From Enterobacteria phage vB_EcoM_IME339: 64,000 bases of DNA. A program made the translations under genes and the position numbers. This document shows, piece after piece, positions 17,864 to 27,703 of this stretch (position 1 is its first letter; each line of letters begins with the position of its first letter). The notes under the pieces were generated by a model. It was not told where the DNA came from. It worked only from the letters and a program-made list of their open reading frames with translations, and made no database searches. The stretch lies in sequence record MH051915, one strand, 5' to 3'.

Positions 17864-18697
17864 ATGATGAATGAATGGACTGTATTTCGTCGTGGAGAGC
17901 CAGATAAATTTTTTCATAGATTTAACCCAACTTTGGATTTGAATGTTATCGACAGAGATGTTCATGCTGAAATTTTAGATAAGTTTAAAGTTGATATTGG
18001 ATTTGGATTAGAAAAACATTTACAGCGAACAAATGGATCTGGAATGAGTTTATCTAATCGCATTATGAAAGCCCTTAATAAAATTGGAGCGTTGTCTCGT
18101 ATTAACGCGAGTGAAATTCTTCGTAATTATAATAAAGGATATGACCTTTATGGTCGACTAATGCCGAAGTTATCATTTGACCAAATGATTGCAGATTTGT
18201 GGGAAAATCAAAGACGATTATTAGCATTAGGCGCTCGATTAGCTAAAGGTCTAGATAAACAAATGATTTTTAAGACCAATAATACAGAAGACCTTAAATG
18301 CTTTAAATTTAGTATTCGTGGAGATGATTATTACATCAGAGCTCACTCTACAGATTATGTTAATATGGGTCATCATCTCTGTTTAGCTTTTGAAGTTTTA
18401 AAAGAAGCTGGAACATTAGAATATTCATCTGGGGCAAAATGTCCTATTGGTTCAAGTTGTATTTTAATTTATCGCCCGGATGAATCCAGTTCAACTACAT
18501 TGCCTACGAAACCTGTACCAGTTCGTAGTAACGAAAAACATTCTGAACAAATTGATTATTTTAATAAACAGATTGAAGAGCTGAATATTTCTATTCAACA
18601 ATATGACGATGAAATTTTCAGACTATCTGGATTGAGTAGTAAAGCTAAATCTGAGCGTGAAAAGTTAATTAAAATCGTTGATTTACTTAAATCTTAA
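17864..18697 (+). CDS. coiled-coil-tailed protein A (277 aa), tandem family member
   Basis: C-terminal heptad segment; first of four adjacent 280-350-aa ORFs of similar architecture. Confidence 0.55.
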   Translation: MMNEWTVFRRGEPDKFFHRFNPTLDLNVIDRDVHAEILDKFKVDIGFGLEKHLQRTNGSGMSLSNRIMKALNKIGALSRINASEILRNYNKGYDLYGRLMPKLSFDQMIADLWENQRRLLALGARLAKGLDKQMIFKTNNTEDLKCFKFSIRGDDYYIRAHSTDYVNMGHHLCLAFEVLKEAGTLEYSSGAKCPIGSSCILIYRPDESSSTTLPTKPVPVRSNEKHSEQIDYFNKQIEELNISIQQYDDEIFRLSGLSSKAKSEREKLIKIVDLLKS

Positions 18698-18705
18698 GGA
18701 ATACC

Positions 18706-19734
18706 ATGAAAACTCGTTCTCAAATTGAAGATATGGTTCGTAATGCCAGCTATACTCGTGATGTTATGACATTTTTGTGTGAAAATAATTTAGACCCTGA
18801 TAAAGTTAATCATGTTATTCATCACTTTAAGTATACAAATAGCAGTGAATGGATACGTAATTTTAGTAAAGCAGGGTATATTACACAAATGACGGCTCGT
18901 GAGCAGCTCACAGATTTCTGTAAAACTATTGATTATAAAAATCCTCTATTTGTTCAAGGCGTTGGTCAAAGTAAGGTCGATTTATCATCTGGATTTTTCA
19001 ATCCAAATCATTATCGTATTGAATGGAGATTTATTGCTCTGTTCCGTAGACAATTAAAGCAAATTTTATCAACTGCGAGTCGATTGAAAGGTTCTGATAT
19101 TAACTTAAAGAACCTGAAATTTGATGGTTATACTCTTCAGATGGAAGTAAGACCATTAAAAGAAAATAACAGAACTGCACGAATTAGCTTTAAACCTAAT
19201 ACAAAAAATTCTCTTTCAATTTGCGAATGCCTTAAATCGCAGTTGACAGAAGCATTTAAGTATATGGATGTTGTTGCTGCAGTTCATTCTAAGATTTTAC
19301 CTCGTTTTGAGCGAAATTGGGAACATACAACAACGTATGAACTTGATATGATCGTTTCATTTAAATATGAATTTTTGAGAAAGGACGAAGTTACACAAGA
19401 GAAAAAGCAAGAAGTGCAAGATAACTTAAATTTAAATTTATCCAATTACTCATCAAACGATCCTAAATGTTGGATGTACAGTTCAAGTAGTACAGATGCA
19501 TGGAAACTTAATAAAGTGAGTTTTCTTCCTACTGAAAATTCAAATTTTAAACCTGTAGAAAAATGGCACGCCGATGCGATTGAGAAGTCTCTTAAAGCAG
19601 TAGATGATGAACTTGTTAAAGCAACTAATGAAATGTTAGAAGCTGAAAAGGTGTTAGAACAAGCACAATCAAGAGTTCAAAATCTGACAAAGCAACGTTC
19701 TAAACTGAACAATGCACTAAATGCACTGAACTAG
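18706..19734 (+). CDS. coiled-coil-tailed protein B (342 aa), tandem family member
   Basis: N-terminus MKTR..; internal ...KYMDVVAAVH; coiled-coil tail ...LNNALNALN. Confidence 0.6.
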   Translation: MKTRSQIEDMVRNASYTRDVMTFLCENNLDPDKVNHVIHHFKYTNSSEWIRNFSKAGYITQMTAREQLTDFCKTIDYKNPLFVQGVGQSKVDLSSGFFNPNHYRIEWRFIALFRRQLKQILSTASRLKGSDINLKNLKFDGYTLQMEVRPLKENNRTARISFKPNTKNSLSICECLKSQLTEAFKYMDVVAAVHSKILPRFERNWEHTTTYELDMIVSFKYEFLRKDEVTQEKKQEVQDNLNLNLSNYSSNDPKCWMYSSSSTDAWKLNKVSFLPTENSNFKPVEKWHADAIEKSLKAVDDELVKATNEMLEAEKVLEQAQSRVQNLTKQRSKLNNALNALN

Positions 19735-19763
19735 TTTACTTTGCCACAAGGATGTGGTATAAT
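19734..19763 (+). promoter_or_regulatory. early promoter with inverted repeat over the -10
   Basis: GTTTAC, 18 nt, 'ccacaaggatgtggTATAAT'; near-identical promoter at 63946-63975. Confidence 0.55.
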
Positions 19764-19791
19764 GTTCTTACTTTCTACTGAGGAGATTATT

Positions 19792-20793
19792 ATGACTCGT
19801 AACGAATATATCAAATCATTCAATAGCGTTATTGATGATAAAGTTAAACCCATGTCTAGTCAGAATGCTGTTCTTTCTATTATCAATCAATGGCTCAGCA
19901 GTATTGATGCAAGTATTGTTTCTTCCAGTAAATTTATTCATGAAGTTCGTGAAATTTCTAGCCGCGTAGATAAAGATGATATTAAGATAACCTTTAAAGG
20001 GTCTCGTCTTCTTTCATATTTGGTTAATCGGGATATTCTTGGTAATTTTGGGAAAGAAATTAAACGAACTAAAGGTGTAATAGGATACAATTGGTTCGGT
20101 GATGTTAATTCTTATCATCTTAATATTAAAGAAGACCCTAAGAATATTTTTACTCGTCGTTGGATTAGTAATTTCAGACTTTTCAAGAAGCAACTTTTAA
20201 AATCAGCTTCTAAATTATGTTATGGTGATTATCGTCAAATTCATCCTTTGGCTTCTGATATGATTATCGTAAAAGAATATGAGCTTGATAAAAATAAAGT
20301 AGCTATTTTTGTGAATTATGAATTTTTTACACCAGAAGCTAACCAAAAGAATATTAATAAATTTTTCTCAATTGCTAGCACTATAACTCATCAATTAGAA
20401 ACGGCTTTGGATTGTATGGAAACTGTAAAAAGTATTCATACATATCCTTTCAAAAATATGGGTGGTTGGGAAGGATATAAAATTGTAATTAGTCTTCGTG
20501 AAGTGAAATGTGCGTACTCACCGACTGATAAAGAAATTTACCAACAAAAATGTGAAGAAATTGTGAATACTCCTAAAGAAGAAACTACCCTTGAGGAACT
20601 AATGGAATGTCTTGACGATTCACCTGAACCGGTAGAAATTCGTCCAGAAGTTATTGCACTAGAAAAAGCTTATAAAGAAGTTCTAGAAATTTCTAATAAA
20701 GCGCAGAAAGAATATGAGCAGGCTAAAAGGATTTGGGAAGAATCTGTTAATCGCCTGGATCGTCTTGAACAAGCTTTACAGTTAATTAAGTAA
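19792..20793 (+). CDS. coiled-coil-tailed protein C (333 aa), tandem family member
   Basis: ORF track 19741 (TTG); ATG 19792 behind GAGGAG; coiled-coil tail. Confidence 0.55.
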   Translation: MTRNEYIKSFNSVIDDKVKPMSSQNAVLSIINQWLSSIDASIVSSSKFIHEVREISSRVDKDDIKITFKGSRLLSYLVNRDILGNFGKEIKRTKGVIGYNWFGDVNSYHLNIKEDPKNIFTRRWISNFRLFKKQLLKSASKLCYGDYRQIHPLASDMIIVKEYELDKNKVAIFVNYEFFTPEANQKNINKFFSIASTITHQLETALDCMETVKSIHTYPFKNMGGWEGYKIVISLREVKCAYSPTDKEIYQQKCEEIVNTPKEETTLEELMECLDDSPEPVEIRPEVIALEKAYKEVLEISNKAQKEYEQAKRIWEESVNRLDRLEQALQLIK

Positions 20794-20845
20794 TTTAAAG
20801 CCAAGGATGGCTCGGAGTATAAATCATTAACCAAGTGAGAAGAAC

Positions 20846-21775
20846 ATGAAAACTCGTAAACATTATATTGATTATTTTGACAGTCTTATTACTAAACACC
20901 GTAATTATCAGATCGGACACAGAGCAGTAATCAATAATATTCTTCGTGATTTCCTTCAATATGTTGGCCAGGAAAATCATATCTGTAAAGATACTCAAAA
21001 CGCTTATTCTCATTCGTTAGGCAATTTGCTTGAATGGTTTAAACGTTCTCGTATGTTATCTTCTACTGTAGCTCGCGATAACATTAAAAACTTTATGAAG
21101 CCAAGCTTCATTAAATCTGCGACATCTATAACCGATTTGGTTGAATTTACTATTGTTAACGATGTTAAAAAGACCCATTTAGCCGATTGGTTATCTACCA
21201 TTCCTGAAACTAAATTTGCTGATAAATTTGCTTGTCAGTTCAATGACCAAGTGAATATGCTTTTTAAGCATGCTCGCAAACTATTTACCGCAGGCGATGA
21301 CCGTACAAATACAGTTCATGTTAAGGATTGGGTTATTGCTGATGAAGTAACACACAAGCCAGGTGGTTCATCAGTGGTAATTAATATCCAAGTTCCTTAT
21401 TATTACTCACGTAATCTTGGCACCATGAACTCTAAAGAAATTAATAAGCACAACAAAACTATTCGTTCGTTGTCTTATAAACTCCGCATGATGTTAAAAA
21501 TCATGGACGTAGTAGAAATGTATGACGAAATCGAAGATAATGGTTCAATGTTATACAGTTCACGTATTCTAATTAAACTGAAGAACCCTAATACATATAA
21601 GACAGTTGTAAAAGAGCCTAAAGTAGAAAAAATTGATAACTTGAGCGAAGAACGTGAATATCTCAATGCTCGTTTGATTGAAGTTGAAGCCCAGATTGCC
21701 GAACACACCAAATTGTTAAAAGCTCTTAATGCAAAAGCAAATGGTTTACGTAATGCTATTGAGGTATTGAAATGA
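20846..21775 (+). CDS. coiled-coil-tailed protein D (309 aa), tandem family member
   Basis: N-terminus MKTR..; ...KIMDVVEMYDE; coiled-coil tail. Confidence 0.6.
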   Translation: MKTRKHYIDYFDSLITKHRNYQIGHRAVINNILRDFLQYVGQENHICKDTQNAYSHSLGNLLEWFKRSRMLSSTVARDNIKNFMKPSFIKSATSITDLVEFTIVNDVKKTHLADWLSTIPETKFADKFACQFNDQVNMLFKHARKLFTAGDDRTNTVHVKDWVIADEVTHKPGGSSVVINIQVPYYYSRNLGTMNSKEINKHNKTIRSLSYKLRMMLKIMDVVEMYDEIEDNGSMLYSSRILIKLKNPNTYKTVVKEPKVEKIDNLSEEREYLNARLIEVEAQIAEHTKLLKALNAKANGLRNAIEVLK

Positions 21776-22140
21776 AAAAGCGTCTATTAGAAGATATTGC
21801 CGAAGCTTCAGATTTTCCTGAATGGACTCCATGCGCTGGGTTTGATAAAGGACTGTTAGTTACTGACGATTTAGATTTTAAACCTCCAGCCTGGGATGCT
21901 ATTATGGCTATGGTTGAACGTCGCGAAAGGGCTTCTAAAAACGTTCCTAATTGTCCTGAATGCGGTACTGAACAGGTTCAATTGATTAACTGGCGTAAAC
22001 CGGAACTTGAATATAAATGCCGTCATTGTAAACACAAATTTAGCAAGCATGCTCCGGAAATGGTTAAATTACCTGACTCTACTGAGTTCTTTAAAGAACT
22101 TGCGAGTGTTCAACCAATGCCTAATAATATTTTGGATTAA
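21772..22140 (+). CDS. zinc-ribbon protein (122 aa)
   Basis: CPECG...CRHCKHKF; ATGA junction. Confidence 0.5.
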
Positions 22141-22141
22141 A

Positions 22142-22384
22142 ATGACCAAGCGTAAAGAATATATGGAGACTGCTGAAAAAGCAGTCCGTGAATTAGCAAT
22201 AGCGTATTATAATGAACATGGTAAATTTCCTGATAGATACAGCGTGCTTAAATCTGCTTTAACTCGTTCATATAAAAATATGCTATCAGAAGTAAGTGAT
22301 ATTATATACAAACATAAAGAACAAACGGGCCAAAGTCTTGATTACGACGAGACTTTTAAACAAGTACTAGGAATTAAGGAATAA
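22142..22384 (+). CDS. hypothetical protein (80 aa)
   Basis: ORF track 22007; ATG 22142 just after upstream stop. Confidence 0.45.
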
Positions 22385-22385
22385 T

Positions 22386-22649
22386 ATGTTTAAAGTATAT
22401 GGTTATGATAGCAACATCCATAAATGTGTGTATTGCGATAATGCAAAACGTCTTTTGACCGTGAAGAAACAGCCGTTTGAATTTATCAACATTATGCCGG
22501 AAAAAGGTGTTTTTGATGATGAGAAAATCGCTGAGCTTCTGACGAAACTGGGTCGTGATACTCAAATTGGACTGACGATGCCACAAGTATTTGCTCCTGA
22601 TGGAAGTCATATTGGTGGATTTGACCAATTGCGGGAATACTTTAAATGA
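22386..22649 (+). CDS. nrdC: glutaredoxin/thioredoxin NrdC
   Basis: 87 aa; CVYC redox motif; T4 NrdC size and position. Confidence 0.85.
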   Translation: MFKVYGYDSNIHKCVYCDNAKRLLTVKKQPFEFINIMPEKGVFDDEKIAELLTKLGRDTQIGLTMPQVFAPDGSHIGGFDQLREYFK

Positions 22650-22861
22650 TGCTCGAAGGAACTGATTATATCCATGACTACCGCGGAAGCGCGGTATATG
22701 TAGGTGATGAGGTTGCAGTTTACTATGGGTATGGAACTTTGATGACAGCCAAGGTTATTCAAATTAAAAATAATCGTGCTAAACTCGAAGTTTATTATTC
22801 TAACGGTGAAAAGTCTATTTCTAAATGGAAATATGGCGATTGTATGGTCAAACTGGGGTAA
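22646..22861 (+). CDS. hypothetical protein (71 aa)
   Basis: ORF track; ATGA junction. Confidence 0.45.
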   Translation: MMLEGTDYIHDYRGSAVYVGDEVAVYYGYGTLMTAKVIQIKNNRAKLEVYYSNGEKSISKWKYGDCMVKLG

Positions 22862-22863
22862 AT

Positions 22864-23034
22864 ATGATTTACGATATTAATGTATCAAGAACTCCGTCAA
22901 TGGTTACTATTCCTGCTGAAGAATTAGATCGTCTTCAGAAAATTGAAGAACTTCTTTGGGAAATTGAATCTGATTTGCCATCAGGATTAGAATCCTGGAT
23001 TGATTATGAAGAACTTAATAAATTGCGAAATTAA
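22864..23034 (+). CDS. hypothetical protein (56 aa)
   Basis: ORF track 22825; ATG 22864 after upstream stop. Confidence 0.35.
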   Translation: MIYDINVSRTPSMVTIPAEELDRLQKIEELLWEIESDLPSGLESWIDYEELNKLRN

Positions 23035-23044
23035 TTGGTGAAAA

Positions 23045-23365
23045 ATGAATATTGAAAATAAATTAGATGTTGATGCAGTTCTGAGTGAAATCATCGAAGA
23101 CCATGATGCATTTTCAGAAAATTATGATTTCGATTTTTCGGATTATCTTAAACCTATCGAAATAGAAGACTGGGTGCAAGATGGTAAATGCCAATATCGC
23201 CAGTGTGTTTATTTTAGTCCAAAACACAATGTACATGTTTCCGTAAATGAAACTCGCTCAGGTTCTTATCATTCTGACTGGTATTATGCAGTTCCGACTG
23301 TTGAACTAGTCGAGCCCCGTGAACGTGTAGTAACTCAGACAGTACGAGAATGGATTACGCTATAA
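23045..23365 (+). CDS. hypothetical protein (106 aa)
   Basis: ORF track. Confidence 0.5.
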   Translation: MNIENKLDVDAVLSEIIEDHDAFSENYDFDFSDYLKPIEIEDWVQDGKCQYRQCVYFSPKHNVHVSVNETRSGSYHSDWYYAVPTVELVEPRERVVTQTVREWITL

Positions 23366-23505
23366 AACCTTGGTGGGCGGCTAGATGGGAAACTGTAGAG
23401 CCAGAGCCGGAAGAACCGGTTTACACTGATGAAGAAACAGTATATAATGAACCGACGATAAATGACATAATTGATATGGAGATGGGACATGATTACAGTA
23501 GATAA
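23350..23505 (+). CDS. possible small acidic protein (51 aa) in alternate frame
   Basis: Hand-translated MDYAIKPWWAARWETVEPEPEEPVYTDEETVYNEPT...; overlaps both neighbours; locally GC-richer. Confidence 0.3.
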   Translation: MDYAIKPWWAARWETVEPEPEEPVYTDEETVYNEPTINDIIDMEMGHDYSR

Positions 23506-23935
23506 GTGGTTTAGAATTAATCGTGCTGATAAAGGGTTGTGTAATTACTGGCCTGAACTTAGTGCAGGTACTGTCTTTAAAGTTCGTGAACTTGCAAAAG
23601 AATGTGAAGATGACATAGAACCTGATACTGGAATTATTGAAATTGAACTTTCTGATGGAAAGATTATTAACATCTATGATAAGCCAATTACGTATTGGTG
23701 CTTGTGGAATACTGAATCCGCAGAAAATGGCGAAATTGAAGAAGTTGTAGAACGAATTGATCAAGTTATTCGGAAGCCTGAAGCCGCTTTTCAAGGTGAA
23801 CGTATTTCATACGCATTATCTAAATTAGCTGCACAAGAAAATAACGATGGCTATGAAGGAAATTTAATGCAAGCCGCGGCAGAATATATTGAATGGCTTG
23901 AAACCCAAATTTCTTTTTCTGACCGAGCGTTTTAA
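23489..23935 (+). CDS. hypothetical protein (148 aa) at the T4 pin map position
   Basis: ORF track 23471 (TTG); ATG 23489; identity with Pin not verifiable here. Confidence 0.45.
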   Translation: MITVDKWFRINRADKGLCNYWPELSAGTVFKVRELAKECEDDIEPDTGIIEIELSDGKIINIYDKPITYWCLWNTESAENGEIEEVVERIDQVIRKPEAAFQGERISYALSKLAAQENNDGYEGNLMQAAAEYIEWLETQISFSDRAF

Positions 23936-23952
23936 TACTTGAAATAATAAAT

Positions 23953-23977
23953 ACCCTTATCTATTTAAGGTAAGGGT
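23953..23977 (+). promoter_or_regulatory. stem-loop just upstream of gene 49 start
   Basis: 'acccttatctatttaaggtaagggt', 7-bp stem, ends 6 nt before ATG 23984. Confidence 0.5.
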
Positions 23978-23983
23978 TTTATT

Positions 23984-24457
23984 ATGTTATTGACTGGCAA
24001 ATTATACAAAGAAGAAAAACAGAAATTTTATAATGCACAAAACGGTAAATGCTTAATTTGCCAACGAGAACTAAATCCTGATGTTCAAGCTAATCACCTC
24101 GACCATGACCACGAATTAAATGGACCAAAAGCAGGAAAGGTGCGTGGATTGCTCTGTAATCTTTGCAATGCAGCGGAAGGTCAAATGAAGCATAAATTTA
24201 ATCGTTCTGGCTTAAAGGGACAAGGTGTTGATTATCTTGAATGGTTAGAAAATTTACTTACTTATTTAAAATCCGATTACACCCAAAATAATATTCACCC
24301 TAACTTCGTTGGAGATAAATCAAAGGAATTTTCTCGTTTAGGAAAAGAGGAAATGATGGCTGAGATGCTTCAAAGAGGATTTGAATATAATGAATCTGAC
24401 ACTAAAACACAATTAATAGCTTCATTTAAGAAGCAGCTTAGAAAGAGTTTAAAATGA
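23984..24457 (+). CDS. 49: endonuclease VII (Holliday-junction resolvase), gene 49
   Basis: 157 aa; Zn-binding CLIC...HLDHDH...CNLCN; matches T4 gp49. Confidence 0.9.
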   Translation: MLLTGKLYKEEKQKFYNAQNGKCLICQRELNPDVQANHLDHDHELNGPKAGKVRGLLCNLCNAAEGQMKHKFNRSGLKGQGVDYLEWLENLLTYLKSDYTQNNIHPNFVGDKSKEFSRLGKEEMMAEMLQRGFEYNESDTKTQLIASFKKQLRKSLK

Positions 24458-26271
24458 CAATTGAAAAAGAAATTGAAGGATTGATTCATAAAACTAATAA
24501 AGACCTTTTGAACGAGAATGCTAATAAAGATTCTCGTGTTTTTCCAACTCAACGGGACCTTATGGCTGGTATTGTGTCTAAACACATTGCCAAAAATATG
24601 GTCCCGTCTTTTATTATGAAAGCGCATGAAAGCGGAATTATCCATTTCCATGATATTGATTATTCCCCTGCTCTTCCATTTACTAATTGCTGTTTAGTAG
24701 ATTTAAAAGGAATGCTTGAAAACGGATTTAAGCTCGGTAATGCGCAGATTGAAACTCCTAAATCAATCGGCGTTGCTACTGCAATTATGGCACAAATTAC
24801 TGCACAGGTTGCTTCCCATCAATATGGCGGAACGACTTTTGCGAATGTAGATAAAGTACTTTCTCCTTATGTTAAACGCACCTATGCAAAACATATTGAG
24901 GATGCAGAAAAATGGCAAATCGCTGATGCGTTGAATTATGCCCAATCTAAAACAGAAAAAGACGTATACGATGCATTCCAAGCTTATGAATATGAAGTAA
25001 ATACTCTCTTTAGTTCAAATGGACAAACGCCTTTTGTAACAATTACATTTGGTACGGGAACTGACTGGACTGAACGAATGATTCAGAAAGCAATTCTGAA
25101 AAATCGTATTAAAGGCCTTGGCCGTGATGGAATAACTCCTATTTTCCCTAAGCTTGTTATGTTCGTTGAAGAGGGTGTCAATCTTTATAAAGATGATCCG
25201 AACTATGATATTAAGCAGCTTGCGTTAGAATGTGCAAGCAAAAGAATGTATCCTGATATTATTTCAGCTAAGAACAATAAAGCTATCACCGGTTCATCTA
25301 TTCCTGTTTCTCCAATGGGTTGCCGTAGTTTCTTAAGCGTATGGAAAGATTCGACTGGTAATGAAATTCTTGATGGACGTAATAATCTCGGTGTTGTAAC
25401 ACTGAATCTTCCTCGCATTGCGTTAGATTCTTATATTGGAACACAATTCAATGAACAGAAATTTGCCGAATTGTTCAATGAACGAATGGATTTGTGTTTT
25501 GAAGCTTTGATGTGTAGAATTAGTTCCTTAAAAGGAGTTAAAGCGACCGTTGCTCCTATTCTTTACCAAGAAGGTGCATTCGGGGTTCGTCTTAAACCTG
25601 ATGACGACATAATTGAGTTATTTAAAAACGGTAGAAGTTCAGTGTCCCTAGGATACATTGGTATTCACGAATTGAATATTCTTGTCGGTCGTGATATTGG
25701 ACAGGAAATTTTGACTAAAATGAATGCTCGTCTTAAACGGTGGACTGAAAGAACCGGTTTTGCTTTTAGCTTGTATTCTACTCCTGCTGAAAACCTGTGC
25801 TATCGCTTCTGTAAACTTGATACTGAAAAATATGGAAGTGTAAAAGATGTTACTGATAAAGGCTGGTACACTAATAGTTTCCATGTTTCAGTAGAAGAAA
25901 ATATTACTCCGTTTGAAAAGATTTCTCGCGAAGCCCCATATCATTTCATTGCGACAGGTGGTCACATTTCTTATGTTGAACTTCCTGATATGAAAAATAA
26001 CTTAAAAGGTCTTGAGGCTGTATGGGATTATGCTGCACAACATTTAGATTATTTTGGTGTTAACATGCCAGTAGATAAATGTTTTACATGTGGAAGTACC
26101 CATGAAATGACTCCTACTGAAAACGGATTTGTTTGTTCTATTTGTGGAGAAACTGATCCTAAAAAGATGAATACGATAAGAAGAACTTGTGGTTATTTGG
26201 GAAATCCGAACGAACGCGGATTTAATCTCGGCAAAAATAAAGAAATCATGCATAGGGTTAAACACCAATGA
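24454..26271 (+). CDS. nrdD: anaerobic ribonucleoside-triphosphate reductase NrdD (uninterrupted)
   Basis: 605 aa contiguous ORF; C-terminal glycyl-radical region (...RRTCGYLG) and Cys cluster. Confidence 0.95.
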   Translation: MTIEKEIEGLIHKTNKDLLNENANKDSRVFPTQRDLMAGIVSKHIAKNMVPSFIMKAHESGIIHFHDIDYSPALPFTNCCLVDLKGMLENGFKLGNAQIETPKSIGVATAIMAQITAQVASHQYGGTTFANVDKVLSPYVKRTYAKHIEDAEKWQIADALNYAQSKTEKDVYDAFQAYEYEVNTLFSSNGQTPFVTITFGTGTDWTERMIQKAILKNRIKGLGRDGITPIFPKLVMFVEEGVNLYKDDPNYDIKQLALECASKRMYPDIISAKNNKAITGSSIPVSPMGCRSFLSVWKDSTGNEILDGRNNLGVVTLNLPRIALDSYIGTQFNEQKFAELFNERMDLCFEALMCRISSLKGVKATVAPILYQEGAFGVRLKPDDDIIELFKNGRSSVSLGYIGIHELNILVGRDIGQEILTKMNARLKRWTERTGFAFSLYSTPAENLCYRFCKLDTEKYGSVKDVTDKGWYTNSFHVSVEENITPFEKISREAPYHFIATGGHISYVELPDMKNNLKGLEAVWDYAAQHLDYFGVNMPVDKCFTCGSTHEMTPTENGFVCSICGETDPKKMNTIRRTCGYLGNPNERGFNLGKNKEIMHRVKHQ

Positions 26272-26738
26272 ATTATGATAGATTTTATCCTTGCGATTTT
26301 GTGAATGGCCCTGGATGCAGGGTCGTTCTTTTCGTTACAGGTTGTTTGCATAAATGCGAAGGGTGTTATAATAAATCAACATGGAATGCTAGAAATGGCG
26401 TTCCATTCACTGGTGAAACACTGGAACAATTAATTGAATGTTTGAATAATGATTATATAGAAGGATTAACTATAACTGGAGGAGACCCTCTCTATCCTGA
26501 TAACCGAGATGTTATTCACTCTGTGGTTCAAACAGTAAAAAATCTTTATCCAAATAAAAGCATTTGGTTGTGGACAGGATATAAATTTGAAGATATTAAA
26601 CAACTAGAAATGCTTAAATATGTTGATGTTATTATTGATGGGAAGTATGAGAAAAATCTTCCTACCAAAAAGCTGTGGCGAGGATCAGATAATCAGCGAC
26701 TTTGGTCAAATACCGATGGGGTGTGGAAACATGATTAA
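26268..26738 (+). CDS. nrdG: anaerobic RNR activating enzyme NrdG (radical SAM)
   Basis: 156 aa; Cys-rich motif CLHKCEGCYN; ATGA-coupled to nrdD. Confidence 0.9.
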   Translation: MNYDRFYPCDFVNGPGCRVVLFVTGCLHKCEGCYNKSTWNARNGVPFTGETLEQLIECLNNDYIEGLTITGGDPLYPDNRDVIHSVVQTVKNLYPNKSIWLWTGYKFEDIKQLEMLKYVDVIIDGKYEKNLPTKKLWRGSDNQRLWSNTDGVWKHD

Positions 26739-26853
26739 ATTGAATTATATTATGGACACTATAAATGATATGATTTTTCATTTTGGTCCAGAATTTTATT
26801 CGCAATATAGTTTAGTGCTTATCAATGCTTGGTTAATCAATTAAGGGTAAAAT

Positions 26854-27066
26854 ATGTATAAATTTCGTAAAGGTTTAGCTGATTTTCTTACAACCGTAAC
26901 ATTCTTTTTGTTTATGGCAGTTGGAGCTATTTTCCTTATTCCTTTTATTGTTATATTTTTCGTGATTAGTTTGATTTCTCCAGAAAAAGGACTGTCTTCT
27001 AGCGAGTTCAATGAGCGTTTGGATAAAATTACTAATAAGCTGAATGCTGCTCTTAGTAAGGAATAG
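26854..27066 (+). CDS. small membrane protein (70 aa)
   Basis: Hydrophobic core FLFMAVGAIFLIPFIVIFFVISLI. Confidence 0.45.
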   Translation: MYKFRKGLADFLTTVTFFLFMAVGAIFLIPFIVIFFVISLISPEKGLSSSEFNERLDKITNKLNAALSKE

Positions 27067-27068
27067 TT

Positions 27069-27377
27069 GTGAAACAAAACAAGATTGAAGTCTATGGAAT
27101 TCCAGATGAAGTAGGTCGTTGTCCTGGATGTCAATCAGTTACAAAACTTCTAAAGGAGCTCAATGCTCCTTTTACTTTCTATAAAGTTCTTACAAATAAT
27201 GGTAAGATCGAGTATGATCGTCCACTGATTGTATCTCTTGCTAAACGCGCTGGATTCACATCTCTTAACATTCGTTATCCAGTCATTTTCATCAATGATT
27301 CTAGACAAAAGAACATTAAACACTTCAAAGAAACTCTCATTTCACTTGGATATGATAGAGATATCATAGAAGACTAA
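27069..27377 (+). CDS. nrdH: glutaredoxin-like protein NrdH
   Basis: 102 aa, GTG start; CPGC redox motif. Confidence 0.7.
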   Translation: MKQNKIEVYGIPDEVGRCPGCQSVTKLLKELNAPFTFYKVLTNNGKIEYDRPLIVSLAKRAGFTSLNIRYPVIFINDSRQKNIKHFKETLISLGYDRDIIED

Positions 27378-27381
27378 GACG

Positions 27382-27403
27382 GGCCCTCTGGGCCTTTCTT
27401 TCT
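27382..27403 (+). terminator. intrinsic terminator-like hairpin after nrdH
   Basis: 'gggccctctgggcc' then T-rich run. Confidence 0.5.
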
Positions 27404-27703
27404 AACATTCTGTATATTACCATTCTAAGCTATCGTTCCCTTCTTATCATTCCCTAAAATAATTTTCACAAAGTTGTTTACAACAAGTTCAAACTGTGGT
27501 ATTATTAACATATGAATTGCCTTTGAGGAATTGATATGGTTGATAAAGAGATTAAAAAGATCAGTATTATCGTGTTAACGGACATATTGTTATTGTTACA
27601 GCAGTAGATGATTTTGAGGTTCACTATACTTTACTTAAATGGAATAAACGCTTGATTTGTGATCGTGCTGTATTTAGTTCAGTTGCTAAGGAAATTAAAC
27701 TCC

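Noticed and set aside
24454-26271. Group I intron / homing endonuclease in nrdD
   Set aside because: nrdD is one uninterrupted 605-aa reading frame; no intron-sized non-coding insert is present.
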